A stretch of 64,000 nt of DNA from an uncultured Chloroflexia bacterium (lineage in GTDB: Bacteria; Chloroflexota; Limnocylindria; Limnocylindrales; CSP1-4). The stretch lies in NCBI GenBank assembly GCA_963772565.1, contig CAVYXU010000004.1, forward strand, positions 3,886-67,885, read 5' to 3'. The position numbers and the translations under genes were made by a program. Positions 1 to 10,054 of the stretch are shown piece after piece (position 1 is the stretch's first letter; every line of letters begins with the position of its first letter). Below the pieces are notes generated by a model. That model saw only the letters and a list, made by a program, of their open reading frames with translations, searched no databases and was not told the origin of the DNA.

Positions 1-38
1 CACCTACAACACGCTCAGCCGCGCGGGGGTTGCATGCC

Positions 39-767
39 TCATCTCGCGACGGGCCGCTCGCCGCCCAGCGTCCGTGCGACCACGGTGACCTCGCCGGTCG
101 GCCGGATGAGAATGATCCACAGGTCCCACGCAACGTGGCTGACGACGAGCGCACCCAGGGGTACGCCGGCCGCGTACAGGGCGCACCAGTGCGCCCCGGC
201 CACGCCGGCGGCGCCCACGAGCGTGAGGTTGCCGGACACGACGTGTGCCGCCGCGTAGGTCGTGGCGGCCAGGGCGGCACCGGTCCAGCGCCCGTAGCGC
301 GCCATCAGTACCTCCTGGATCAGCCCGCGCCAGAACAGCTCCTCGGCCGGCGCGATGACGGCGGCCAGGCGGATCGCGATCTCCGGCTGCGGCCGCAGGG
401 TCCGCAGCGCATAGAGCTCGCGAATCTGCGCATCGCCGCCCGGAACGAACCGCCGGGCGAACCTGTCGCCCGCCCGGAACGCGACGTACAGCACGGCAGC
501 GGACGCGAGGCCGAGGACGATGCTCCGCGAGCCGATCCGCGTCCGTCGGGCCGCGCCACTCCGCGTGAGCGCCATCGCACCAAGGCCTGCACCGGTCCGG
601 GTCATCCGGGTCCAGAAGCGGTCGCGCGGTCCGCGGAACGTCGTCGCGATCGCCGCCTCGGCGATGATCACTGCGATCAGGAGCGACAGGGGCGTCCGCC
701 CGGCCACCGGTTCACCAGGGGTGTCGGCGCCGGGGTCGCGGGCGCGGGTGAGCATGCGCGTGAGCAT
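39..767 (-). CDS. CPBP family intramembrane glutamic endopeptidase (CAAX/Abi type)
   Basis: C-terminal 243 codons of the 39..2522 ORF starting at MLTRMLTRARD. Multi-TM protein with EELFWRG, YAAAH and SHVAWD motifs typical of CPBP proteases. Confidence 0.8.
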   Translation of the reverse strand: MLTRMLTRARDPGADTPGEPVAGRTPLSLLIAVIIAEAAIATTFRGPRDRFWTRMTRTGAGLGAMALTRSGAARRTRIGSRSIVLGLASAAVLYVAFRAGDRFARRFVPGGDAQIRELYALRTLRPQPEIAIRLAAVIAPAEELFWRGLIQEVLMARYGRWTGAALAATTYAAAHVVSGNLTLVGAAGVAGAHWCALYAAGVPLGALVVSHVAWDLWIILIRPTGEVTVVARTLGGERPVAR

Positions 768-782
768 GTCACAATCGCCGGC

Positions 783-1793
783 ATGAGCCTCGACGACCGC
801 TTCGATGACATGGTCGCCAGCCTCGGCGGCTTCTACAAGACGTGGTACGTGTTCGTCGGGCTGGAGCTCGGGTTGCTCGCGCGCCTCCGGGAGGCCGGGG
901 CATCGGGACTCACGGTCGACGACCTGGCCATGGCAACGGGTACGACGGCCGACCTGGTCGGTCGCTGGGCGTGGGGTGCCGACGCGCACGACCTGGTCGA
1001 GATCGCGGATGGCCGGCTGCGTCTCCCCGACGACGTCGCGGCCATCCTGCTGGAACCCAATCGGTCCGAGTACCTGGGCGGTCAGTTCCTCCACGCGGCG
1101 ACCGGGAGCCTCGACTACGCCGCGCTGCTCGACGTGTTCCGTTCCGGCCGGCCGGTCGCGAACCGGCCCGAGCGGTACCGCGTCGCGATCGAGCGGCTGA
1201 CGGTCCAGGACATCGCGGTGTTCTTCCAGGAGGTTCTCGCCGCGCTGCCGCAGCTGGTCGTGGACCTCCGGGGCGGCGCCAGGATCCTCGACATCCACTG
1301 CGGCGGCGGCCGCTGGCTGATCGACATGGCGCGCCGCTTCCCGGACGTCTCGCTGATCGGCGTCGAGTTCGAGCCGGACTCGGTCGCCCGGGCGCGTGCG
1401 AATGTCGAAGCGGCCGGGATGTCCGACCGGATCTCGATCGAGCAGGACGAGGTCACCTCGATCGACCACGTTGGCGAGGTCCAGCTCGCCTACTACCAGT
1501 ACGCGCTGCACCAGCTGGCGGATCCGGCCGCCGCGCTGCGCGCCGCGTGGGCCGCGGTCCGGCCCGGCGGCTGGCTGATCGCGCTGGACTGGTACCTGCC
1601 TTCCGATCCCGACGAGCTGCGCACCCGCCACGGCGAGCTGATCGCCGGCGTGCAGCTCGACGAGCTGCTCCAGGGCACGCGGCTGGTGACGCGATCCGAG
1701 GCGCTCGGCTGGTTCGCCGCCGCCGGCCTGCCGACGCCAGAGCTGCTGGACCTGCCCTCGGGCGCATCCGCGATCGTCCTCCAGCGCGACTGA
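783..1793 (+). CDS. class I SAM-dependent methyltransferase with N-terminal winged-helix dimerisation-like domain
   Basis: Starts at MSLDDRFDDM inside the 30..1793 ORF. Has an ILDIHCGGGRW glycine-rich SAM motif and high GC3. Confidence 0.8.
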   Translation: MSLDDRFDDMVASLGGFYKTWYVFVGLELGLLARLREAGASGLTVDDLAMATGTTADLVGRWAWGADAHDLVEIADGRLRLPDDVAAILLEPNRSEYLGGQFLHAATGSLDYAALLDVFRSGRPVANRPERYRVAIERLTVQDIAVFFQEVLAALPQLVVDLRGGARILDIHCGGGRWLIDMARRFPDVSLIGVEFEPDSVARARANVEAAGMSDRISIEQDEVTSIDHVGEVQLAYYQYALHQLADPAAALRAAWAAVRPGGWLIALDWYLPSDPDELRTRHGELIAGVQLDELLQGTRLVTRSEALGWFAAAGLPTPELLDLPSGASAIVLQRD

Positions 1794-1881
1794 CGCGCGC
1801 CCGATCCGCCTCGCCTCGCGAGGGGCGAATGCCGCTGCCGGACCAGCGGTCGTTGCGCGTGGTGCGGCATCCGAGCAGGCG

Positions 1882-2730
1882 TTGGCTATCGTGGACGAGG
1901 TGACCAATACACTGCGCCTCGACGACGCCACGATCCGCCGCATCGAGCGGCACGAGACCGATGCCCACGCCATCCCGTCACGGGAGGTGCGCGACCTCGG
2001 TGATGCGCTGTTGCTGCTCGATCCACGCGACGTGGACCCGTTCTGGAACCGCATGGTGAGCATCCGCTGGCCCGACGACCCGGCCGCCTTCGACCGGCGC
2101 CTGACGGAGGCCTTGGCGCTGTTCGGGCTGCTCGCGCGGCGACCCCACATCTGGCCGCCGCCGGACCACGCGCAACCATTCGATCTCGTCCAGCGGCTCC
2201 AGGCAAACGGGTTCCAGGACGTGGGCGGGGGACACGTGATGGTGCTCCAGGAACCCGCGGCATGCGGGCCGATCGCCCAGGGGGAGCTCGACCCGGGCGT
2301 GTCGATCCAGGCGATATCGCGACCGGCCGACGCGACCACGGACGATGTCGTCGAGGCGGCAGGCGTGCTGGTCGATGCCTTCGGGGCTCCGCCCCAGCGC
2401 ACCGACGAGCTGGCGGGCGATCTCCGGACCACGCTCGATGACCCGCGGATCGCGCTTGCGCTCGCACGCGTCGACGGCGTTCCGGCCGCCGTGGCCAAGG
2501 CGACCACGTTCGACGGCTGCACCTACCTCTCGTCGATCGGCACCCGCCCGGGGTTCCGCGGCCGCGGGCTCGCGAGCCTGGTCACCCGGCAGGCGGTTGC
2601 GAGCTCCGCGCGACCCGACCTGCGGCTGACGTACCTGGGCGTGTTCAGTGGCAACGTCGCGGCCAGGCGGATGTACGAGCGGCTCGGCTTCGCCTCGATC
2701 GGCGAGGCGCCGGACCTCCTGCTCGAATGA
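1882..2730 (+). CDS. GNAT family N-acetyltransferase
   Basis: 282-aa ORF with a C-terminal RGRGLASLVTRQ...MYERLGF acetyl-CoA binding signature. The start is uncertain (TTG 1882 or GTG 1900). Confidence 0.75.
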   Translation: MAIVDEVTNTLRLDDATIRRIERHETDAHAIPSREVRDLGDALLLLDPRDVDPFWNRMVSIRWPDDPAAFDRRLTEALALFGLLARRPHIWPPPDHAQPFDLVQRLQANGFQDVGGGHVMVLQEPAACGPIAQGELDPGVSIQAISRPADATTDDVVEAAGVLVDAFGAPPQRTDELAGDLRTTLDDPRIALALARVDGVPAAVAKATTFDGCTYLSSIGTRPGFRGRGLASLVTRQAVASSARPDLRLTYLGVFSGNVAARRMYERLGFASIGEAPDLLLE

Positions 2731-3494
2731 CGTTCTGGGCGCGCCTGACCTGGCAGGTCCCCGACCCGGCAGCGCTGGGCGAGGATCTCGCCCGGCGTCT
2801 GGGATTGTCCGTCACTCCCGGCGGGCTGGTCCCGGAGGCGCTGACCGTGTCCCTGGGCAGCGCCGTGATCGAGCTCCGGCCGTGGCGGGCCGAGTCGGCT
2901 GGCGAGCGGCCGCTGCCATCGGGACGGCTGGTGTTCGAGCCGGTCCCGGGCGGCGAGGAGGCGCCGGCGCCGGGCGGGGACGAGGCGACCGGACCGGGCA
3001 ACCCCGGCATGCCGGCCACGCGGGAGCTGCCATTGACGCTGGCCGGCGTGGGTTGGGCGACCGTCGAGCTCGACCGCGCGGAGGAGGAGCTCGATCCGTG
3101 GCTCGCGCCGCGCGCGACGGCCGTCGGTGGGGACGAGGAAACAGGCGACGGAACGGAGCCGCACCTGGGCGGGCGGTCGCGCCGGCGTGGAGCCGGCGGC
3201 CTGCCCGCGGGCAGCATCGTGCTCCTCGAGCCGTCAACCGAGGGCAGGCTCGTGGTGTCGCTCGCGCGCAACGGAGAGGGCCCGTGCGCCCTGTACCTCG
3301 CCCCGCACGAGCGGCTCCGTGCCTGGCTCCGCGCCGCCCGTGACCGCGGCGTGCGGACCTCGGCCATCCGCCCGGGACCACTCGGGCCATCGGCGCTGGT
3401 GCTCGGCGGCGCCACCTCGGGACCGCATCTCATCCTGGTCGACCCGTCGTGGCCTTCCTCCAACAGGTCGCCGGCGGGTACCATCAGCGCATGA
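2727..3494 (+). CDS. hypothetical protein (possible glyoxalase/VOC-like fold)
   Basis: Its ATG overlaps the upstream stop (ATGA) and its stop overlaps the next start. I recognise no diagnostic motif. Confidence 0.55.
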   Translation: MTFWARLTWQVPDPAALGEDLARRLGLSVTPGGLVPEALTVSLGSAVIELRPWRAESAGERPLPSGRLVFEPVPGGEEAPAPGGDEATGPGNPGMPATRELPLTLAGVGWATVELDRAEEELDPWLAPRATAVGGDEETGDGTEPHLGGRSRRRGAGGLPAGSIVLLEPSTEGRLVVSLARNGEGPCALYLAPHERLRAWLRAARDRGVRTSAIRPGPLGPSALVLGGATSGPHLILVDPSWPSSNRSPAGTISA

Positions 3495-3931
3495 ACGACG
3501 CCGCCCAGATCCTGCTCCGCGACGCCCGGGAAGGGGACGCCGAGCGCCTCGCGACCCTGCTCACCGACGAGGGGTACCCGGCCGGTGAGACCGACCTCGC
3601 CGGCCGGATCGAGCGTTTCTCCGTACCCGGGTCACGCGTCGTCGTCGCCGAGGCCGGTGGTGAGGTGGCCGGGTTCATCGCGTTCCACGTCATCCCGCGC
3701 TTCGAGACGGACGATCGCTTCGTCCGGATCGTCACCCTGGTCGTGGGCCCGGGCTTCCGGGAGCGAGGGGTCGGCCGCCTGCTGATGACCGAGGCGGAGC
3801 GCGTTGCCGGCGAGGCGGGCGCGGTCTACCTCGAGATCACGGCCGGGCATCATCGCCCCGAGGCGCGCCAGATGTACGAGTCGCTGGGCTACGACGCCGG
3901 CGTCACGACCTACCTGCGGAAACGGACCTGA
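3491..3931 (+). CDS. GNAT family N-acetyltransferase
   Basis: Start MNDAAQ overlaps the upstream stop (ATGA). Has an RERGVGRLLM...MYESLGY motif. Confidence 0.8.
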   Translation: MNDAAQILLRDAREGDAERLATLLTDEGYPAGETDLAGRIERFSVPGSRVVVAEAGGEVAGFIAFHVIPRFETDDRFVRIVTLVVGPGFRERGVGRLLMTEAERVAGEAGAVYLEITAGHHRPEARQMYESLGYDAGVTTYLRKRT

Positions 3932-3974
3932 GCAGGCCCGACCTCCTGCGCGTCCCACCGCCGGTGGCCGGCTG

Positions 3975-5246
3975 ATGTTTCCCCGCCTCCGCCTCCGTGA
4001 CGAGGTCGCCGGCCTGCTCGACCTGCCCTGGGAACGTCCGCTCAGCCAATGGACGGCCGACACGCACCGGTTCCGCGAGCTGCCCGTCGGCCCCTCGCGG
4101 CACCTGGTCCGGTTCCTGGTCTCGGAGGGGATCATCTACGCGCTCAAGGAAGAGCCGGTGGGTGTGGCCGAGAAGGAGTTCGCGGTCCTGCGGCACCTCG
4201 AGGACGCCGGGCTGCCGGGCGTGCGAGCGGTCGGGCTGGCGGGTCGGCCGGATCGGGGCGACGCCATCCTCGTCACCGAGTACCTCAAGCATTCAATGCA
4301 GTACCGCCGTCTCCTGATGCGGTTCCGGGTCGTGGGCCGCGCCGACCGGGATCGCCTGCTCGACGCGATGGCGCTGCTCCTCGTCGACCTTCACCGGGGC
4401 GGCGTCTACTGGGGCGACTGCTCGCTGGCGAACACACTGTTCCGGCGTGACGGTGACCGGATCCAGGCCTACCTCGTCGACGCCGAGACGAGCGAGATCC
4501 ATCCGTCGCTGTCCGACGGCCAACGCGGGTTCGACCTCGACATCCTGGTCGAGAACGTCGCCTTCGGCCTGGCGGACCTCGCCGCCTACCAGGAGCGTGC
4601 CGAGGACATCGACGACGCGATCGATGCCGCGCAATCCGTCCGCGACCGTTACGACGCCGTGTGGAAGGAGCTTCACGACAACGAGGAGCTGATCCCGGGC
4701 GACCGCCAGGCGATCCGTTCCCGCCTGCGTCGGCTCAACGACCTCGGCTTCTCGGTCGATGTCGAGGTCGATCCGGTCGGAACGCTGGGCGCGGTGCGGC
4801 TCAGGACCTCGGTCACGACGCGCCGCTATCACGCGAACGAGCTGGAGCGCCGGACGCGTCTCCGGACCCTCGAGGGGCAGGCACGGATCCTGCTCAACGA
4901 CCTCAACGAGTACGGCGCGTGGCTGGAGTTCAACGAGCAGCGCGCGGTCACCCCGGAAGAGGCGGCCGAGCGCTGGCTTCGCGGCGTGTATCGACCGACG
5001 CAGGCCCGGATCGCCGGTGCAGTCGGGACACAGCGGGACCTCGTCCAGGCGTACTGCGACGTGCTCGAGCACAAGTGGCTGCTGTCCGAGCTGGCCGGCA
5101 AGGACGTGGGCCTGGAGGCCGCGATCGAGTCGTACCTCGCGGAGGGGGCTCCGGCGCCCGAGCCTGCGGTCACCTCGGCGGACGGGATCCTGGCGACGCT
5201 CGACGTCGAGGCGGACGATCCCGGCTACGACGGGGCGACGAGCTAG
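3975..5246 (+). CDS. DUF4032-like protein with Kdo/RIO-like kinase N-terminal region
   Basis: Starts at MFPRLRLRDE. The N-terminal part resembles lipopolysaccharide-kinase-like folds (LHRGGVYWGDCSLANTLF, YLVDAET). The family call is from memory. Confidence 0.65.
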   Translation: MFPRLRLRDEVAGLLDLPWERPLSQWTADTHRFRELPVGPSRHLVRFLVSEGIIYALKEEPVGVAEKEFAVLRHLEDAGLPGVRAVGLAGRPDRGDAILVTEYLKHSMQYRRLLMRFRVVGRADRDRLLDAMALLLVDLHRGGVYWGDCSLANTLFRRDGDRIQAYLVDAETSEIHPSLSDGQRGFDLDILVENVAFGLADLAAYQERAEDIDDAIDAAQSVRDRYDAVWKELHDNEELIPGDRQAIRSRLRRLNDLGFSVDVEVDPVGTLGAVRLRTSVTTRRYHANELERRTRLRTLEGQARILLNDLNEYGAWLEFNEQRAVTPEEAAERWLRGVYRPTQARIAGAVGTQRDLVQAYCDVLEHKWLLSELAGKDVGLEAAIESYLAEGAPAPEPAVTSADGILATLDVEADDPGYDGATS

Positions 5247-5307
5247 CCTCCCGAAGCGGTCGTGCCGGCTCCCCGTGGCGACCGCTGCTCACCACGCCGC
5301 AGTCCGG

Positions 5308-5853
5308 TTACGTGCCGCCCGGTTCGTCCCGCCAGTGATCCTCGTGGACGAGCCCCGCCGCCGGCCGCCGGCCACCCGGCCGGTTGGGTCGGGTCATGAC
5401 CGACGGGTCGCGCGGGTACCCGAACGACAGGATGTATTCGCAGTGCATCCCGGCCGGGTAGCCGAGCAGGTCCCGGGCACGCTCCGCCTCGTACACCGTC
5501 GCGGGACAGCTGCCGATGCCGAGCTCCCAGGCGACCAGCATCATCTGCGCCGCGGCGCCGCCGATGTCCCAGACCACGCTGAGCGGTGCGTCCGGACCGC
5601 GGGGATCGGGCGTGACCAGCGCAACGGCGACCGCGGCACCGGCCAGGTGTCCGGCGAATGGGCCGAGCTCCGACAGCTCGCGCAGGCGCTCACGATCGCG
5701 CACCACGATGAACGCCCAGCGCTGCTGGTTCTTGGAGCTGTGGGCCCGCCGGCCGGCGCCCAGGATCCGCTGCAGGCGGTCCGGCTCCAGTGGACGGTCG
5801 TCCGCAAACTCGCGCACGGCCCGCTTGGCGTGGACGGCCTCCCAGACGGTCAT
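5308..5853 (-). CDS. nitroreductase family protein
   Basis: 181 aa with RRAHSSKNQQRW near the N-terminus and a typical nitroreductase layout. Confidence 0.8.
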   Translation of the reverse strand: MTVWEAVHAKRAVREFADDRPLEPDRLQRILGAGRRAHSSKNQQRWAFIVVRDRERLRELSELGPFAGHLAGAAVAVALVTPDPRGPDAPLSVVWDIGGAAAQMMLVAWELGIGSCPATVYEAERARDLLGYPAGMHCEYILSFGYPRDPSVMTRPNRPGGRRPAAGLVHEDHWRDEPGGT

Positions 5854-6983
5854 GCGGCCGGCGCCCCCGGATCAGCCGGCGATGTTGTATCTGCCGGCGG
5901 CACGCGCAGCGCACCGGGTGGCCGGAGGTCGCGGTGGCGGATGATCCGGGCGAGGGACCGGAACCCGCCCGGCTCCTCGTCGAGCGTCGTGAGGCGCTCC
6001 GGATCGGGCAGCCGTTCGGCCGGGACCGCCTCCGCGAGCGCTGCAGCGACGTCGGGGGCCACCGGGCCGCCCAGGGTCGTGGCGAGGAACCGGGCGATGG
6101 CCGCTCGATAGGCGGGATATTCGTACAGCCAGGAATGATGGCCGCCCTCGACGACCATGACCTCGGTCACGGCGTCGGGCAGGGCAGCGCGGCGAGCCTC
6201 GGCCAGTCGGGCGACGTCTCCCACCGGGACGACGCCGTCCTCGCTGCCATGGGCCAGCATCACGGGCACCGCGATCTCGCGGATCGCGCGGCTGGCACTG
6301 ATCGACGACACGGTGTGGCCGCGCGGCTTGAGGTACACGCGGGTCGTCAGCCAGGCGAGCGGCCAGGCGATCGGGCCGGGGATCGGCAGGCGGGCGAGAC
6401 GGAACGTCTGGCGGGTGAGCCGGTACGGGTCCGCGGGTGCGGCGACCGCGATCACCGACGCGATGTTTGGGTCGGTTGCTGCGGCGACCAGCGATCCCGC
6501 CGCTCCCATCGAGTGGCCGAGCAGGGCAGCGCGCGAGACCTCGGGCCGGCGGAGGATCGCCGCGACGCCGGCGCGCGCATCGGCGGCGTACTCGGCGACC
6601 GACATCGGCAGCGCCTCGGGGCCGTTCGCACCGTGGCCGCGTACGTCGAACGTGAGCACGTGGAAGCCCGCGGCATTGAGAACCTGCGCATGCGGGAGCG
6701 TCCGGTCACGCGCCGACTCCCAGCCGTGGACGAGCACAACTCCGGGTGCCCGCTCCGTTCCCGCGGGGATGAACCAGCCCGGCAGGAGGAGGTCGTCATC
6801 GGTCGGGACGTCGACGTCCTCGAACGGCAGGCCGAGCGCCGCAGGCGTGCAGGTGGGTGGGTGGCGGCGCGGGTACCCCGCGCGGACGCGGTAGACGAGC
6901 GCGAAGCGGTACGCGGCAGCCAGCGGCAGAGTGGCGAGCGCCGCCACGAGACCGGCCCGGCGCGAACGGAGAAGCGGGAGCAT
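5850..6983 (-). CDS. alpha/beta hydrolase
   Basis: GHSMG nucleophile elbow and VLVHGW oxyanion region. Its stop overlaps the downstream nitroreductase start. Confidence 0.85.
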   Translation of the reverse strand: MLPLLRSRRAGLVAALATLPLAAAYRFALVYRVRAGYPRRHPPTCTPAALGLPFEDVDVPTDDDLLLPGWFIPAGTERAPGVVLVHGWESARDRTLPHAQVLNAAGFHVLTFDVRGHGANGPEALPMSVAEYAADARAGVAAILRRPEVSRAALLGHSMGAAGSLVAAATDPNIASVIAVAAPADPYRLTRQTFRLARLPIPGPIAWPLAWLTTRVYLKPRGHTVSSISASRAIREIAVPVMLAHGSEDGVVPVGDVARLAEARRAALPDAVTEVMVVEGGHHSWLYEYPAYRAAIARFLATTLGGPVAPDVAAALAEAVPAERLPDPERLTTLDEEPGGFRSLARIIRHRDLRPPGALRVPPADTTSPADPGAPAA

Positions 6984-7030
6984 GAGCCAAGGGGACCCCG
7001 AGCCGTGCCGGTTGTCAAGCGAGCCGGGGC

Positions 7031-7036
7031 TACACT
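7031..7036 (+). promoter_or_regulatory. -10-like hexamer TACACT 6 nt upstream of a GTG start (leaderless-type arrangement)
   Basis: TACACT-ctggac-GTG, with no Shine-Dalgarno between them. Confidence 0.4.
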
Positions 7037-7042
7037 CTGGAC

Positions 7043-7780
7043 GTGGCCCCCAAGAACCCGCACGCGGTGCTCGGCGTGGAGCACGGCGCGACCCCCGACG
7101 ACATCAAGGCCGCATGGCGCGCGCTCGCCCGCCAGCATCACCCGGACCTGACCGGCGACGATCCCGAGGCGGTCAGGCGCGCGACGCGGCGGATGGCCGA
7201 GATCAACGCCGCGTATGCCGCCCTCACCCGCGCCGGCGAGACCGCCGAGGGTCAGCGAGACCGCGGCGCGCGGCGTCGAGCGGGTGACGCGACACCCGGC
7301 AAGCGCAACGGCCGGGCCGCCGGGCCGCCGCCCCCGAGGAAGACCCGACCGGTCACCGGCCGCCTCGACATGAGCGATGTCGTTCGGCCGCGCAACCAGA
7401 CGACCACACCGCCCGGCATGCGCATCCCGCTGACGGGCCAGCCGCCGCTGCGCTGGGACCGATCCGCGCCGGAGCTGCGCGCGTCGCAGCCGTCGGGACC
7501 GATGGAGCGGGGTCACCTGGCCGGCCATCAGGCGCCCACGCCGCCGTCGCTTGACGACGCGCTCGAGATCGAGGTCGAGTTCGGCAAGTTCCACGGGCAC
7601 ACGCTGGGCGAGATCGCCGCGTTCGAGCCCTCGTACATCGACTGGCTGGCGACGACGGTCACCCGCGAGCCCGAGATCGCGATGGCATCCAGGGTGATCC
7701 GCGACGACCTGGATCGACGCGGGATCCGCCGCGTGCACCGGCCGTCCCGACCGGGCTGGCACTCGAACCCGTTCGGATAG
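7043..7780 (+). CDS. J-domain protein with C-terminal DUF3820-like domain
   Basis: N-terminal NPHAVLGV...HHPD J-domain signature. C-terminal FGKFHGHTLGEIA...YIDWL motif. Confidence 0.8.
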   Translation: MAPKNPHAVLGVEHGATPDDIKAAWRALARQHHPDLTGDDPEAVRRATRRMAEINAAYAALTRAGETAEGQRDRGARRRAGDATPGKRNGRAAGPPPPRKTRPVTGRLDMSDVVRPRNQTTTPPGMRIPLTGQPPLRWDRSAPELRASQPSGPMERGHLAGHQAPTPPSLDDALEIEVEFGKFHGHTLGEIAAFEPSYIDWLATTVTREPEIAMASRVIRDDLDRRGIRRVHRPSRPGWHSNPFG

Positions 7781-8331
7781 GGAAACGGCCGAGATCCTGG
7801 TTGTCGGCCCGGCGTGATCGTCGCCGCCACGGTTCCGATCGGGGCTACCGCCGCCGCCCAAACCGCCGACATGACTGCGCCCCCGGCAAGAGTGCCGAGG
7901 GCGCCGATGAAGGACCGATCAGTGCTGCCGCCCCACGACCGGGCCTGCTGGCCGGTCGATCCTTGGTTACTCGGCTCGTGATCGCGGACCCGGAACCCTC
8001 GTGCCGTCGAGCGTCCCCGACGATCGAGTTGTCCGGCCCTCGATCCGTGGCCGACGCCCCAGGTGTTCCCCCGGTGGTTCGTGGGGTCGGCGCGTATCGA
8101 ACGCGAACGTCAACGTACGACCGTCCTGCGCGATGGGCAATGGGCGTCAGGTCATGGGGTGCCCATGCGCGATCGTCAGGCGCACGCTGGCACCGCCCGG
8201 ACCATCAACCCAGCATGTCCGAGACCATCGGCGGCGAACGGGGCGCGATCTCGGCGCCGCCTGGTGCGGGTCACGGCCAGCGGTCATGCGTCGGAGCGGC
8301 GCACCAGCCCCATCGCCGGTAGGCTCTGCGC

Positions 8332-8940
8332 ATGCCCCGACACTCCCGCCGATCGTCGGTCGCGGCCGGCTCATTCCTCGTGCTCGTGGTCGCCACGCTG
8401 TTCGCCGCCTGCGGCGGCTCGAAGATCCCCGTCTCGACCTTCGACCCGACAACGCCGTGCACCACGGATGGCCGCCAGCCCGGTGCGTATCCGGACCTCG
8501 AGGCCGCACTGCCGAAGACATATGAGGGCCAGTCGCCGGTCAGCGTGGACTCGGGCCGCAACTGCACGACGGGTGCGCTGGGGACCCTCGCCGACGAGGG
8601 GATCTCGGGCGTGCACTTCGCCGGTGCAACGTGGGATCTCGGCGGAACGACGGCGCTGACCGTCGCGCTGTTCGAGGCGGACGGGCTCGACGCGTCCGCG
8701 ATGTTCCGCTTCTACCGGGATGGAGCGACCCAGAACAGCAAGACCGAGAAGCTGGCCACGAGCGAGCTCACGGTCGGCGGCGCGAAGGCCTACCGGCTGG
8801 ACGTCCTCCAGAGCGATGGCACTGGCCAGACCGTGGTCGCATGGCCCGCCACGGAGCCGGGTCGCGTGCACGTGCTGCTCGCCGCGGACCTTGGCGATGC
8901 AAAGGTCCTCGAGGCGCTGGCGATGTTCGGCGCCTCCTGA
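8332..8940 (+). CDS. hypothetical lipoprotein
   Basis: Signal peptide with lipobox LFAAC. Confidence 0.75.
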   Translation: MPRHSRRSSVAAGSFLVLVVATLFAACGGSKIPVSTFDPTTPCTTDGRQPGAYPDLEAALPKTYEGQSPVSVDSGRNCTTGALGTLADEGISGVHFAGATWDLGGTTALTVALFEADGLDASAMFRFYRDGATQNSKTEKLATSELTVGGAKAYRLDVLQSDGTGQTVVAWPATEPGRVHVLLAADLGDAKVLEALAMFGAS

Positions 8941-8958
8941 TCGATCACCGGCGCGTCT

Positions 8959-8973
8959 CGGCACGCATTGCGA
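8959..8973 (+). repeat. degenerate half-copy of the 24-bp intergenic motif
   Basis: cggcacGcattgcga matches 14/15 positions of the 3-prime half of the motif at 12090/12626. Confidence 0.4.
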
Positions 8974-9163
8974 TGCCAACCGGACGTGATCACAATTCCG
9001 CTCCATGTGCGTCTCGATCGTCACCACGACGTCCATCACCAGGCCAGAGGGAGCGGAGCCGTGCGGCGTTCGATAGCGATCCTGCTCGATCTCGATCGCT
9101 GCGACCGGCTGCAGTCTCGCTGGGGCGTCCCCAGAGGTACCGACAGCCGAGTCGCCCTCTTCG

Positions 9164-9727
9164 TTGAGGACGCCGGCGACTACCTTCGCTCCAGCCACCT
9201 CAGCGCCGGCGACCGCCGCGGTCGGTTCGGAGGTGCCAGTCCCGTCCATGCCGCCATTCACCGGCAACCCGACATTGCACATCGGGAGCGGTCCCGCAGT
9301 TGAGCGGACCGGGGATGGCGGCTGCACCGACGTGTTCTACCTCGCCGCCGAGGTCGGCGGATCGAGCTGCGGTCCGGGCGCCTTCGTCCTCGACGCACCG
9401 GCGCAGCCAGTCCAGCGTGGTCAGATGCTCACGATCACCGCACCACCCGGCTGGCTGTTTTCCGGGGCGGCCGTCGGTGTCCCAGAGGCGTGGTCGATGA
9501 CGATCGCCCCAGTCAGCGCGCTGGCGAACCTCGGCGCGAACGACCAGGCCGAGATCCCCGCTGAATTCGGGACGGTCCTGGGTAGCGGCCACGGACCGGA
9601 CGAGGTAGCAACCGCGGCCGCGCCGACATCACCTGGCGAGTATCTGCTCCAGTTCCGGGACGAGTTGACCCAGGACGGCTGGACGCTCGATGGCGCCACC
9701 TACTTCTGGCGGCTCTCGATCAAGTAG
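9164..9727 (+). CDS. hypothetical protein (start uncertain)
   Basis: 187-aa ORF with a TTG start and acceptable GC3, but no signal peptide. The upstream 220 bp has competing frames. Confidence 0.5.
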   Translation: MRTPATTFAPATSAPATAAVGSEVPVPSMPPFTGNPTLHIGSGPAVERTGDGGCTDVFYLAAEVGGSSCGPGAFVLDAPAQPVQRGQMLTITAPPGWLFSGAAVGVPEAWSMTIAPVSALANLGANDQAEIPAEFGTVLGSGHGPDEVATAAAPTSPGEYLLQFRDELTQDGWTLDGATYFWRLSIK

Positions 9728-9748
9728 GAATCCGGACTCGGCAGCGGG

Positions 9749-9772
9749 TGACATTCTCGACACACATTGCGA
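9749..9772 (+). repeat. 24-bp intergenic motif copy 1 (tgacattctcgacacacattgcga)
   Basis: 21/24 identical to the copies at 12090 and 12626, in the same orientation. Confidence 0.8.
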
Positions 9773-10054
9773 GAACATGGCGACCGTACGCAGGATCTTG
9801 TCCGTGATTCGCCGTCGAGTCACCATCCAGCCGATCCCGGGCTTCACCCCGGGCTGATCCCTGCAGTCCAGGGCGGGATGCCCGCTCGCGGGTCCGTTCT
9901 GGGCCGCGAGACCGGCGCACGAGTTCGTACAGCGGATCTACGGGGTGCCGTTCGCGGTGCATGGCGTCGGTCTGTCCCCGATCCCCGCTTCGTCCTCGCC
10001 CTGTCCGTCTGGCTGCGCGGCAACCCGACGATCATCGAGCAGCCGGGCGCCTGA

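Noticed and set aside
39-2522. 827-aa ORF on the minus strand
   Set aside because: Only its last 243 codons (39-767) look like a real protein (CPBP protease). The remainder is Arg/Ser/Ala-rich and runs antisense to the methyltransferase and GNAT genes, which is the usual high-GC shadow ORF.
8371-9327. 318-aa minus-strand ORF overlapping the 8332-8940 lipoprotein gene
   Set aside because: It mirrors the codon phase of a gene with a clear lipobox signal peptide. The non-overlapping 8941-9327 part has no start or stop structure of its own.
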